Below, in pieces: positions 37,028 to 50,413 of a DNA stretch of 64,000 bases. The stretch's first letter is position 1, and each line of letters opens with the position of its first letter. The notes below the pieces were generated by a model that was not told where the DNA came from, did not search any database, and saw nothing but the letters and a program-made list of their open reading frames with translations. A program made the position numbers and the translations under genes. This DNA comes from Podarcis tiliguerta. Its lineage: Eukaryota. The stretch lies in the NCBI GenBank assembly GCA_965153285.1, contig OZ229110.1; one strand, given 5' to 3'.

Positions 37028-38919
37028 TACTGAGTCAAGTTGAAGAGACTTGTGTTGACATGCAAAGTTGTACACATCCCTGTATCTGGGTGGGGAATCT
37101 TTCAGTCCAAGGGCCACATCCATACCCAGCCAATTTTTCAAGGGTCCAAGGGGAAGAAGCAGAGACAAAGCGGGTCAAGCAAAATTGATAAAAAATAATA
37201 ATACTTAGCTAAAGTGGTCTCAATGCACAGCTCAAGGTCACTTTGCTATTCAGCAGCAAAAGAAGGGAGCAGGGAGATTCCAACAAGCTCCAATCCTATA
37301 ACATTGCAAAGCAGGGGAGTCGCACACAAGGACACACAAACAAACACACATGGGATAATCAGGAACTTCCTATAGTCCTCACACATCACAGTGCTTATTT
37401 ATCCATGGCTGGGTGGGTTGATGTATCCACAGAAAAGATGAGGCACATAAGCCATGATCACTCATGGTCACTCACCCTTTCCGAAAAAGGTGGCATCACA
37501 TCAGACTGGAAAGAAGCTAATTTCAAAAGAAGCCGCAAGCACAGCTCATAGGTTCTATCAATCCTATTCACTGCCATCACCTTCAGGGAGAAGCTGGCAA
37601 CAAGAGTTGCAGAGGGATGCTTAGAGTGCTCATGGTTCTTTCCAAAGTGTTCTGATTGACTGTGAGCTACCTAATTGTTGTCAAATGTTTCCGATGGCCC
37701 CCAAAGCTCAAAAATGTATCAGGGAAGTGCAGAAAGGGGCTGAACTCAAACAGCAGCTCTGAAACTTTGGAGTTTTCCACACCAGTTGAAGACTGTATGT
37801 GTTTGTCCAGGCCTTTAAGTTTGCCTGCTGAGTTGCTGAGCTCTATTGATTTTGAGATTTTTATTGTGTATTTTTTATTGTTTTAATGGTTTGGTTTTTT
37901 GGTTGCTTTACTTATTGTTGTTTTGTTTGTTTTTTTGTATTTTCTGCAGTAACCCACTCTGGGATTACTTTTGTGATGAAAAGAGGATAAGAAATATCCT
38001 ATTTTTTATTATTTTTAAAACCATTTTGATGATGGATTCATGTTGGGTTGTGTCATGTTACTGCCCGCAACATCTTTGAAGCATATAGTCAGACATGAAT
38101 TTCCCACTGAAAGCATCTATTAATAAAGGGATGGGGTAAAAATTGTTCTTAAAAACACAGCTTCTGCTTCAGTTCTAAGCTGAAGGACACCAGTGCCTTC
38201 TTCATGCTGTGAAAATATATTAACAAATGCGCTTCCACATCTTTTTACTTGTCAAAAATGTTGCCACGTGTCCTCAGGGTGACAAAACCACTTAATTTCA
38301 TTTTACAGTTCTCATCCCCCTAAGCGTTTCTAAGGTGACATATTTTTTTTGACAGAGGGATATGGATGTGTGCATCTTTATGGGAATTCTCAATCTTGAT
38401 TGCAAAATCAATACCGAATAAAATGTATATGCATCATGCCCATCACTGAAATGCTGATGAGACTTCCTCAGATTTCCAAGAATGGTCATTTGATAATGAA
38501 TCGCCATCCCAGTTTTGTGAAAGGTTGTCTTTTCTCCTCAGAACAGTATTGATTAAAATATAAGAAAAATCAACCGCTGTGTTTTAGATCTCAACTTGAA
38601 GTGAACAACAACTGTCTCCATGGCAGCATGTTTGGCCAGCAATATCTCACTTTCTCAACTTTCATCAATAAATCTGCCCTACATGCTCCCATGCAGTTAT
38701 TTAGGACAGACCTTGGCAAAGAATAGTACACCCTTCCTCCATAATCTGTGCTTGTTAAGAACCTGCTCCAGGGCAGCATCCTTGTTTGGCTGGAGGGTAA
38801 AAGTAATCTGCCACAACTCCTTATTGTCCCATCAGTCTGGGTGAGGAAACCCAAGGTGTTACTTGACATCCCTGGGGATTCTGAAAGGCAAGATCCGAAA
38901 GCCCACTCTTTACTCTCTG

Positions 38920-39054
38920 CAGACCCTCCAACTGTCCCTATTTTCCAGGGGCACCCCTGATTTAGAGAAGCCATCCCGGTTTCCAATTTGATCCTGGAAT
39001 GTCCCACTTTTCCTTAGGATGTCTCTCTTTTCATTGGAGAAATGTTGGAGGGTA
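38920..39054. mobile_element. hAT-like MITE
   Basis: CAGACCCTCCAAC...GTTGGAGGGTA; TSD ACTCTCTG/GCTCTCTG. Confidence 0.75.
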
Positions 39055-40061
39055 GCTCTCTGAGTCTCACATAGCAACGCTGTACAAAAGCAGTTGACCC
39101 ACAGGCCAAGATACTAGTTTAGCACCAGGCTTCACACAAAACAGACACCAGCATTGATTGAGTTAACTTTATTAAAAGGCAAATGATAGGAAGAAATTAA
39201 CAAGTAGGAGGACTGAATGAAATCAAGAGACACAGGGCAGTGGCTACTTTATAGGAAAGAGCCACAGCAACTGGAATAAATATCTTCAGCCAGTCAGAGG
39301 GCTCCTAGGCTAGTCTTCTACTGCTTGGGCACAAATTTTCTGCAGGCCTGGCCTCTGGCCTTGGCCACCATAACAAGGAGATGGTGCTGCAAACTGCTGA
39401 GCTTATCTAGAGTTGGAAAAACTACTTCTCACAGAAGCCCAGTTTTACCCAGAACTGTGTTAGAGAAACCATCTTTTTGGCCAAACCCTGACCAGAGAAA
39501 CACTGGCTCCTCATTGTCTCCCTTGTAACAATCAGCATGCTACTTGACACACAGAGCCCTAAAAGGGATATTAGAGAACTTGTCTTTTCCTCCCGGGTTC
39601 CTTCACGTCTGCATTTTTTCCCCCATTCTCCATTTAGTTTGTGAGAAAATAAATCGCACCTTCCTTTCCCCACAAAGGAGAAAACTTAGTATTTTGTGAA
39701 CTTTTCAATGGTAGGTCATGGGGTGTTTGGTTGCTGTTGTTGTACTTGCCTAACTTTCAAGGTGTCTGAGGGTTTTTCTAAGTATCCTTCTTTTCATTCC
39801 ATGAATCATCTCTCTGGTGGTTTGTACTCTGCAGCTTTCTTTGGTCCTTGTTTTTCCTGGAAATCACATAATTTCCTCACCTGGTCTTTCATGTAAGCAC
39901 AAAAAGTTGTGCTCCTGGCAGCTGTTCATTGTTGTTGTTTTTAAAGAGTTCATTTTATTTGTTTATTTTAATTTCTGTACTCAAAGTAAAAGGAAGGACT
40001 GGCCTTAAAAAGAAAATCAGTGAGCATGTTGATTTTTGGCACTTAGTAGTCACCCTCCTCA

Positions 40062-40128
40062 TTGTTGTTTAGTCGTTTAGTCGTGTCCGACTCTTCGTGA
40101 CCCCATGGACCACAGCACGCCAAGCACC
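40062..40128 (-). mobile_element. Very short BovB (RTE) 3' end insertion
   Basis: Minus strand reads ...CATGGGGTCACGAAGAGTCGGACACGACTAAACGACTAAACAACAA; 14-bp TSD AGTCACCCTCCTCA. Confidence 0.85.
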
Positions 40129-40329
40129 AGTCACCCTCCTCAGTTAAAGTCACCTCCTCCCAGTCACCCTCCTCAGTTAAAGTCAAATGGAAGATGCCAT
40201 GAAATCTCTCATGGGACTTTTTCAGGTCAAAAAGTGCAGGCAGCTGGGGAGGCTGCAGTGAACTGGAGAAATGCTGCAGTGAACTTTTGAGAAATTGGAC
40301 AACATGTTTTAGCAAAGCACTATTTAAGA

Positions 40330-40465
40330 CAGGCTTCCTCAACCTCGGCCCTCCAGATGTTTTTGGCCCTCAACTCCCATGATCCTTAGCTAGCAGGACC
40401 AGTGGTCAGGGATGGTGGGAATTGTAGTCTCAAAACATCTGGAGGGCCAAGGTTGAGGAAGCCTG
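40330..40465. mobile_element. URR1-like hAT MITE, complete
   Basis: Long TIRs CAGGCTTCCTCAACCT / AGGTTGAGGAAGCCTG; perfect TSD ATTTAAGA. Confidence 0.92.
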
Positions 40466-43400
40466 ATTTAAGATCAAACTTGATTTTCCTGCAGTGAGAC
40501 ATCATCAGTGCCAGCAACTTTTCCCTTTCTAGAAATGGGAGTGGACTTCATTCGGTCCACATTTCACAGCAGACGGACCCAATCCAATGCTTCCCAACTT
40601 GTAGACTAGACTACACCTCCCGGATGGATTATGCACTTCTCTAGATTTTGCCATTCATTTCTGCTGCTCAAAATACATACTTTACATAAAAGATCCACAC
40701 CAAATGCATAATGTAGCAGTGAATCTATTGAAAAGTTAATATTTTACGTATAAGCATGAACGAGATGCATACAATATGAGACAACATATAAGGAGGTAGG
40801 AGGGAATGGACCTACGATTAAGTGCCAAATACATCAAAACTTTTCCAGAAGCATTTTAAGATCTTATCTGGGCTAGCTTTTGGTGACAGTTGCTCAGCAT
40901 GGACAAAGACTGTTCATTCATGGTAATATAATGCTCCTTTATATTGCAATGGATTTTTGTCCTCATTGGTTTCATCAGATTGCTTTAAAGTGCTTTATCC
41001 AACCAAAACCCAAGCAGACTGCAGAGCCACTTCAAATAACACTTCCTATAGTTATTATAGTGTTATCTATAGATAATACTTTCTGTAGTTCAGTTTAAAC
41101 TGAGCTGACTTTCCTTTAGTCTGCCCAATTTGAGGTGATCAAGTTTATATTCACTCTTACCTCATACCTAGGTAATCAGCATGCTAAATATTTGCACAAA
41201 GGGTCATGGGATTTGCCCCAAGCTGGGAAAAAAATAAAATACACTGATGGGAGTCGAGCAACATGTTCCATATAGATTTATGAATGGGATAGTGGTCTAA
41301 TCTCTTTAGATGAAGCCACTAAGGATCTGTTCTGTATAATATGCAGCACAAAGCTGTAAAAACAGCATGGATGTGTATCAGGTAGTCATTGAAGCATCAA
41401 GGAGTCACGTTTCAAATGAAAATCTCCTGGCCTGTGGCTCAGCTCTAGTAATATTTTTATGTGTGCTCAGGCTTCAGAGTCTTGATCAGGCAGAGAAGGA
41501 AAATGGGAAAGTAATACTGAGCCCTGTGATTGTAAAGAAGCACAGACTCTGGACTGACCAGGCCTGGTTACAAGTACAACCAGCCTTCCCATCCACCCTT
41601 TCCTGGCAAATAGAGCTATAACTTCTACCTGCTTCATTTGAGGCTCAGCTGCCACAACGCTTCACGATTTTCCGGCTTCCAAACTCCATGTCAATATTCC
41701 AGTTGCAGCACTTTTCCTTGGAATCGAGGCGGTAAAAGTACATACTCTCTAGATCTCACTGCCCAGGCTTGCACTCCAGGGAGGTCACTTCAGTTTGACT
41801 TATTCCCCAGAGGCACACTCCGTTGTCTCTCAAGACAGATGGTTGTCAACAACAACTATTATTATTATTTGGAGTCCAACAACAACTGAAGTGCCACAGG
41901 TTAGCCCCCGCTGCTCCATACAGTTTGTACATAATCATGTTAAAATCAGCATGTAAAGCTAGGAAATGACACCCTCTCCTTTTGGAAAGTGTGGGTTCTT
42001 CCCCTCCCCCCAAAAAGCAGGCTGATGTTGGGGCTGACAAAGAGCTGCAGAGAGGGAGGATGTCTCCTAGAACACAGAGCTGATTTGACAGCTCCACCAA
42101 TTACATCTTTCTGCCCTGTGACAACAATTAGCTTAGAAGAAAATATATGTGGACATCTCTCGAAGATGCTTTTAAAAAAAGAAAGAAAGAAAGAAATTAC
42201 TGCACACAGGCCGCACAAACGAAAGCAGTTCTAAATTATTTTGCTAATGTCCATTTCCTCCGATACCCTGCCACTCAGAAATTGATATAGTGGAGCCCAC
42301 CTCCACCGAGACCTTACCTCATCTTTACCCTGCCCTCGACACTGGGGCAGGGAAGCTAATTGCCAGAGGATGTTTTTATGAGAGCACAAAATGACAGAAA
42401 TGCTCTGTTGTTAAATTATGCTCCGAATCAAGCCTTTGGCACCTTTCGAAGGCCAGTTTGAAATCCCTAATGGCTGACACTGAACAGCTTTTACCAGCAT
42501 TGCTTATGTGGGCATGTGGAGAGATATTTGAACCCCTTTCCCCTGTGTGCTAATCCAATAACAGGCAGCATTAGAACGGCAGCGCTGTGTGTCCTTGGGG
42601 CACAGAATGGCAAGAGGTTTTCAGTGTCAACCGTGAGAGCAAGTAATGACATGTGAAGAATGAGCCCTGAGAGTGTGCTTGCATAATCAAGATTCAAATG
42701 CTGTTCTCCCAACATTATTATTGTGTGATGATATTTAAATGAACAAACAATTCCAGAGGGGGTTAGCCACACACAGCTTCAAACTGTCTTGGATGCTTCA
42801 CAGCTACCGTTCGGCATTACTGAATAATCCAGTGCTCTGCCCATTTCTATGTCTCCATGATGGAGGTTTGCTTAAAAAATAAAAACTGGGGTTACATATG
42901 TTTTAAGCTTAGGGCTTTTGGGGACCCTCTTTTGAGAGAAGCTTGAAGGAGGATGCAAAGAGAGAGGGCTTTCCCCCCTTCTGGCTCCCCTTTTGTAGAT
43001 CACTCACCTCAGTGAGGGCTGCCTAGCACCTTCACTGAAATATACTTTTTGGCACCAGGTAAAAACTTTTGTCATGTCTTTCGATGCGCTATGATTATGC
43101 TGCATACTGTAGGTTGTGCTATCAAAATTTGCTGCTGCTGTTACTGGGGGTAGGTTAGTGCATTATGTACAAATTGCCTGTGTTTTGTACCTGTTTTGCA
43201 AAAATGTGTTTTTATTACAATGTATTTTTACTTATGCTTCTGATCTTAAATAGGTTGTAAGCCTGTCGGAGACATTTTTGTGCAACAAGCAACTAACAAG
43301 TTCAATTCATTGTTATCACCGTTCCCTGCTTTTTCCCCACAGCTGTTATCTGGGCTTTGTAAGGATGTCATGAGGAGTCATTGTGAAGCCAAATCAGAGT

Positions 43401-46238
43401 GATGCCAGGTACAGGAAGCCATCACTGTGATGTCCTCTGAGAATGTACCATTGAGGAAATGGTGCTGGGCAGTTGCAGGGATCAAAAACACTGGTGGTGA
43501 TAAGTGCTGCTAACACTTCCTACCACATTTTTTTTAAAAAAAAATTGTCCACCATAAAACTGAAACTGTCCCTTTTCAACCTGTGAATAAGGATTATAAA
43601 ATGTGGGAGTACTAGTAAAGTTTTATCTCAGCACTAATAAGCATCATGCCATGCTCATTTGTTTGCCCATTGGCTATGCTTACCAAATTAATTGGTGTAC
43701 TGCTTCAAAGTTTCCACACACGAACATACTTTGGTCTCAGTGGGGGTGGAATTAACTGTACTATCTCTCATCCTTGGACCCCTTGGAGGAACGGAGGAAC
43801 ACTGGATAGTAAGTATTATTATTATTATTCAAAAGTGGGACAAAAAGCTGCGTTTATGTGTGTGTTCAATTGTTATTTGAAAATTAGGGTAGTTCTCTTC
43901 TCCATTTTGAGATTTGGTATGAATGGAGCAGGTGAGTCTATATCAGTGGAAGGCCTTCCTTCCACATTATCTCTTCACTTGTCCATGATAGTTGAAAATC
44001 ACCTTTGGGGATGGAAAAGCAGAGCACATCAAGAAACTGCACTCCTTTGTCCCCTGATATTTGTCCAGTATTTTGCAGAGATGAGAGTATAACCGATAAG
44101 ACGTGTCAGAGATCCACTCACACAGGAAGGATGTGCTGTGTTTATACATCCAGTATCTATGGAAGTTTATACATTTGACGATGAAAATTCAAACATTATT
44201 ATTATTATTATTTATTAAATTTGTATACCTCCCTATACTTGCATGTCTCAGGGCGGTTAGATAGAAGTCCTGCAGTGTGGTGTAAGATTTTGTGGCATTG
44301 GGGGCCACCTTATAGCTGTTTTTAGATTATCTGTTATAGTGAATGTGGAGTGCAGAGATTTGTTTTACACAGGGAGGCTCAGAACCTGAAACAAAGATTG
44401 AAGAAAGCACAGAGCCACTCAGAAATGGACTAGAATTTTTAAAACATTCACAAACAAAGTGCATCTTGGAGCCTGTGCATACCCTACTATACACAATACA
44501 TATATTAGTTTCCTTCATAAATTTACAGCAAACAATGTAACAATTTAAGAACAAGGTGGAAAAGACAAGGATAAAGCGGACTACTTGGGGCAAAGAGAAG
44601 GGAAAGGAAAATTTCAGGGCAAAAGAAATAAAGGTAGCAGGGAAGAAGGTGAGGGTGGTATGTATCAGAGGGAAGTCACAGACGTTGTGCAGCTAGTTTG
44701 TCTTAACAATTGTCCTGTTTGTCTTTGGCATGTTGCAAAGTTAAACTGCTTGTTTACATAGGATTTAAGCAAAGGTGTGTGAAATTCATAAGTTTCTTAA
44801 GACTGCAATGTAAGAAATTCTGTCCGGCACAAAGTGCCTTAACAAATACCATCTGTTTCTCTTGCAGTTATTGCCTTTTCTCTGTGTGTCAACACAGCTC
44901 AAATTGATGGGAACATTTTGATCATCCTTGACTTCTCAGCCATGACGTTTCTATCTGCCTCATTTTTGTTGGTGTAGTGTGAACATTCAATTCATCACCT
45001 TTTCTGTATGGGATTAGAAAATCTTATTCCTTCCTTCCATAGTGTCTGATTCAGCATCCACTCAAATCAAACACAAAAATCCGGTGGACATGAATTGGTG
45101 AAAAATTACACAGTTGCACAGTTCACAACATCAGCTTTTCAGCTGTCCTACAACATGGGGTACTCAACGAGTGATTATATGCTTTCCTTCTAGAAAAAAA
45201 TGACAGAAGCCATGACATGCTATCTCAACTTCTAGCACCATTTGGGTGGGTAATCAAACAATATTATTCAAAAGGTATAATTTGTTTAGATATTAAATTC
45301 CTTTCGAGGAAAGAAAGCAAAAGAAAGGTTTCATCACTTTCTTAGCTCAGCTGGGTAACTGCATCAGTAAATCCCCAGAAGAGTACTTGCATACCAAACC
45401 AAATGAGGAGAAGATCTGGTTGGCAGATCCTTATGGTCCTATAGTTCCTTGTGGCATAAAAGAGCCCAGATATGGAATTGTATGTGTGTGTCTGGGTTCG
45501 GCAAAGAGCCAGATAGTTGTGGTATTCAAAGGTCATCTCCCTCAATTAATTTCTCAATACACTCTACTGTGTGTTCAGGTTAGATTCATAGAGAGGTACA
45601 GGTTGCAATTCAACATTATATCCAGTGAAGATCTAAGAAGAAGCATTTCCATCTACAGTCCCTTCCAATGTTATCTTTTGTAATGCTGGAGCATTGTTGG
45701 TAATGTTGGAGTCTCAAAAAAACATGGGAGAAACCCCTTCGTTAGCTCTATTCCATACCAGCATTGTCCATCCCAGTAATGAGAGGATGCTAACATGGGA
45801 AGGAGCCATAGAAAAGCAGTAGAAATGGATTGTTGATTTTGGACAGTTTCAGACATTCACACACACAAAAATTGACATTGTGGTGAATCTCACACAAGCA
45901 AATAACAGGAGAAAAGGCTCTATTAAACAGAATTCAGGAAAGTAACACCTGTATCAATTACCCTTTGGGAAGGAAAGGAAATTGGAAAAGAGATTATTCC
46001 GAGCATAGCAAAGGCTATGGTTAAACGGTTAAACAGGCCTTTCCCCATTCTTCTTCCACTCAACTTAGAAACACCTTGCAGGCTGTCTGAGATTTATATG
46101 TAAACCGTTGCTGGACAACCAGTTTCAGACCTCTATTGAATGACTAAAAGTAATATCTAAATATAATGGTGGTATTTTCAGAAAAAGACCCATTGATAAT
46201 CATGGACATGAGTAACTTAAGCGTACCTCCTTAGTGTA

Positions 46239-46469
46239 CAGTGGTACATCAGGTTACAGATGCTTCAGGTTACAGACACTTCAGGTTACAGACTCCGCTA
46301 ACCCAGAAATAGTACCTCGGGTTAAGAACTTTGCTTCAGGATGAGAACAGAAATCATGCGGCGGCAGCGGGAGGCCCCATTAGCTAAAGTGGTACCTCAG
46401 GTTAAGAACAGTTTCAGGTTAAGAACGGACCTCCAGAACAAATTAAGTTCTTAACCCCAGGTACCACTG
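46239..46469. mobile_element. Tigger-like MITE
   Basis: CAGTGGTAC...GGTACCACTG with TA TSD; same family as 36786-37027. Confidence 0.92.
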
Positions 46470-46531
46470 TACTTACACAGTAACTTAGTGTACCTACTCA
46501 GTGTCAGACTTAGTCAAGTATCACCCTAATT

Positions 46532-46669
46532 CTGGGATGGGGAACCTGTGACCCTCCAGATGTTGCTGTGCTACAAGTCCCATTGTTTCTGGCCATTGGC
46601 CATGCTGGCTAGTGCTGATGGGAACTGGAGTCCAACAATATCCAGAGGGCCACAGGTTCCCCATCCCTG
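46532..46669. mobile_element. URR1-like hAT MITE
   Basis: TIRs CTGGGATGGGGAACCTGTG / CACAGGTTCCCCATCCCTG; TSD CCCTAATT/CCCTAAAT. Confidence 0.85.
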
Positions 46670-47795
46670 CCCTAAATGTATACAATAAATAAATAATAAT
46701 AACAAATTATGTTGGCACAAGAATTCTTTGCAAGACATACAGGTCAAATATGAAAGGGGGAGAGACCAACTCTAAATACTGGGTAATTCTAGAAAGAAGC
46801 CCTGTGTAGCTGAAACAACAAAGAATTTTGTGTCACCTTAAAGTTCAACAAAGTCTGTCTGTCAGTCTGAAGACTGCTTCATTCCAATTAGCGCACATTT
46901 GCTACATCTAATTCTAGTACACATCTTTTGTCAAAAGGATATTAAGAGTTAAATCTGCTGCTTCACCTTTTTTTATAGCCCCAAATTCTTAATGCTTCTG
47001 CAAATTAATTTTTCATATAGTAATCTATTTATCCCTTTCTTCACTACCATAGTAAGTGGCAGTTTAAATTTGAGCCATTCACTTGGATATTTCAATTATA
47101 ATTTAAAACTAATGGGTATGAAATATGCATGCCTTGGTGAATTTGAGAATAAATATCTCTGGGAATATTTTATATGCAAAGGAGAAATATTAATTTGACA
47201 GTACAAACTTTGTCATGTGGCGTGAGTGTTTTTAAAAGCCATCAGAATGTGAGCTAGGGTCTATAAAGGAAGAAGTTATGGGGGAAAGATTCCTGTAAAA
47301 GGCTGAACATTTGTTTAAAACTTCTATCAGCATGGCATGTGGCAACTATTGGCCATTAGAATTCTCTAAAGCTCTATACCAGTATGGGTCAAGCTACATG
47401 TTACACTTAATGAGCACCATGCAGATTTGTCCCTTGTTGTTCTTAATTACAATCATGAAGGGATCATTATTGGGATCATACTGTATAGAGGGAAGGCTTA
47501 TATATATATTGCTGTTGTTGGCAGTTGTCGTGTCTCAAGAGACAATGGAGTGCACCTCCGGGGTAAAATCAGTCCACTGGATAATCACAGTGCCTGCTGT
47601 GGCTCCAGAGACCAGTAACTCATAACTGCTGCCTTCTGCCTTTGCAGGTACAATACTTATTTAATAGGTTGTTATTAGCACCAATGAAAAACTTTTACTG
47701 AGCCTTATAGCCATGTCAGGAAGGAGACGATATTTGGGAGAGGGAAGGAATAGATCTTCCTGAGCATCGTGGTCTTGATAACATTTTCTTACAAG

Positions 47796-48093
47796 CAGGG
47801 CTGTCTTAAGCATATGCGACGATGGGTGCAAAGATCCGCCCGGTGCCCCCCCCCCCCGTTGCCCAGTCCCAGGCGTGCAGGAGGGCGGAACCGGCCGGCC
47901 GGCTGCCTCAGTGTCTCACTGGCTTGGTCGCCCCCAAACTCGCGGCGCAGAACAGCCTGCCGTAGTGCTCCAACCGACGGGTGAGCTCTTCCCCAGACTC
48001 AACTCTCGAACCCTGGACTCTCAGCCTGGTGCCCCTGAGAGCCCGGCGCCCGGGTGCCCCGCACCCCTAGCACCTATGGGTAAGACAGCCCTG
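47796..48093. mobile_element. GC/CpG-rich hAT MITE
   Basis: TIRs CAGGGCTGTCTTA / TAAGACAGCCCTG; TSD CTTACAAG/CTTACACA. Confidence 0.85.
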
Positions 48094-48521
48094 CTTACAC
48101 AGTTGTATTCAGTTGAAGAAATACAAAACCTGTAGCTTCACACTACTTCTTAAGCATACTGGTACAAGTATCGGAAGTAGAGCCATATGCAGAGGATGAG
48201 AACCCTGGCTCCAGCAGTAATTTCTTGCAAATATTTGTGTGAAAGGCATTCAAAGGAAGCTGAAACAAATCTTTTCCTTCTGCAAGCCGCTTATGCTTCT
48301 TCTTGAAGGGGAGGAACCTGAGGGCCCAGCATATGTTCATTTACCTATCTCCTCCATTTGGCATTAAAACAGGTGGATCGGTTATAGCCATCCTGAAAAA
48401 TAATTATATATAGTGGTCTGGTTGTTTTGATGCTAATTGGATTACCTAAACTGTCACACTGGATTATCTGCCTTCAGTGATGTTGAACTATATATTAGCT
48501 TTAACTTTGTTATGCTTTATT

Positions 48522-48572
48522 GAAGAAGAAGAAGAAGAAGAAGAAGAAGAAGAAGAAGAAGAAGAAGAAGAA
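48522..48572. repeat. (GAA)17 microsatellite
   Basis: Direct count; explains the poly-E ORF 48477-48683. Confidence 0.97.
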
Positions 48573-48734
48573 TCAATCATGGCAACTCCTTCTAAGACAC
48601 CCTTATGTTTTCCACTTCATCCGTGCTGCTTCCTGATCCTGAATGTGCACTGTGCCCATGGGATCTGGACCCAGAAGCATTAGGTAGGAAGTAAAGAACA
48701 TCACCATGACCCCCAAGTAATAAATACAAGGAGT

Positions 48735-48845
48735 GGGATCCAACTACAGTTTTACTCAGAGTGAAGCCACTGAAATCAATGAACACGACTAACTTAGGTC
48801 CATTAATTTCAATGAGTCTGCTCTGAGCAAAACCCAGCTGAGCTT
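48735..48845. mobile_element. Short imperfect palindromic MITE-like element
   Basis: TTTTACTCAGAG...CTGAAAT / ATTTCAAT...CTCTGAGCAAAA inverted arms. Confidence 0.45.
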
Positions 48846-49269
48846 AGTTTAAAATTTAAAAGAAAAAATATATTTTTAGAATTTCTTCCTCACCTTGGCA
48901 GGGTAAGAGGTAAAGTGGGGAGAACATTGTGAAGGTGACTCAGGACACACCACGATGCTTCTTTAAAAAGCTTAAAAAATAATGATATAACCCTTCACCA
49001 GCCACTGAAAAAAGAGCTAAAGTAAACCACCAGCATCACAAAACTTCAGAGAAATTTGTTCATTCCCCCCCAAAAAAGCACTATACGTTTCTCCACATTT
49101 TGCGGAGTTGTGTGGGAAAGTTCCGTGGAAGTACAGCATGATCTGGGGGACAGCAATAGATAGGACACAAAATATTTAATTCGCTCACTGAACAGATATA
49201 TGTGCAATCAACTCAATCTTTCTTTTAATTATGCAAGCTACACCAATATGCTCAGCTATTTATTTTAAT

Positions 49270-49450
49270 GCAATGTTGATCCAATATGCCAATATGCCAT
49301 ACTGTTTGCCTGACACCATAGAATTCCTCCAGAAAGAAAGATCCATCAAAACTCTTACAAAGAGCACGTTCTTGGTTACCATGGATATATAACAACATCC
49401 CTCAAAAAAGAGAGGCTGCAAGCCATTAGGAATGTACTCTTTGATGATGT
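49270..49450 (+). mobile_element. Degenerate Penelope-type RT fragment
   Basis: Frameshifted translation PYCLPDTIEFLQK...LVTMD..YNNIP...LQAIRN resembles the PLE RT motif 'SYLRDTTDFL...LATMDVxxLYTNIP..GLQAI'. Confidence 0.5.
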
Positions 49451-50280
49451 TGCTATGGTCCATTTAGCTGCAAAGCTTTTCAACGTTTTCCTTGTTCAAA
49501 ATAACTGCAGATCTGGGGACAGTCTATATTTTCAGTTCAATTGAACTGCCACGTACATGAAGGCACAATATGTGACTCTAGATAAGCCATTTTAGAGCTA
49601 AGTATAAAATTGCATGTGACTCTGGAAGATTCCTGATCAACTCCCCAAGCTGCTGCTTCTTTTTTAGGAAAGGAAATGAACATTGACCATGCTGGCTGGG
49701 CTGATGAGAGCTGAAGTCAAATAACATCTGTACAGCCACATGTTCCTCAACCCTGGACTATACTATTGTTTTTGAAAGCTCATGCTATAGAAAAACAGTT
49801 AGTCTAACTAAGCAACATGCAGGGTGTGGGCTTTTAACACAACACAGAAGCAAATATTATTTTGATATATGTTGTGATCTAGAGCTCAGTGATCTAAGTT
49901 GCATGCCTTTTTCTAGTGTGGCTTCCAAAGTATAAGGCTATTCCCATTTATGTCTGCTGTAGTATCTTTTCCTGTTTGTGAACAAACTTTTCAATGGTAT
50001 TTTTAAATTTACTGTATATTTGTTCATCACTTTAAAAAAAAAAAACTTCTCCAAACGATGTACAGTCTCTGCTCTACTGTTCCATTTGTTAGAATGGTAA
50101 GATATCAGTTCAAACCTCTTCAATTCAGTGTTCTGAGATACAGGAATCAATTCTCTTATGATGTTAGATCATCGTTTTGGCTTCTAGTTTGCTTCCTGGG
50201 ATTCTCAATTGGTTAAGGTTTATTACAGAATACCATTAATAGTTCACTAATGCATCAATCAAGTCAATATATAGCACATG

Positions 50281-50413
50281 ATACATATATATACATTCTA
50301 AGCTAAACTAATTTAAGAATATATATATATATAGTGTATGTGTATGTGTGAAGTTAAATCTGTAATGACATTAATGAATTTCAATAAAGAATTTTTTTCA
50401 TCTAAAAAAAGGA
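50281..50413 (+). mobile_element. Short polyadenylated retro-insertion (probable L1 3' end)
   Basis: 16-bp TSD CAATATATAGCACATG (50265-50280, 50414-50429); AATAAA and an A-run at the 3' end. Confidence 0.7.

Noticed and set aside
48477-48683. Poly-glutamate ORF
   Set aside because: Translation of the (GAA)17 microsatellite.
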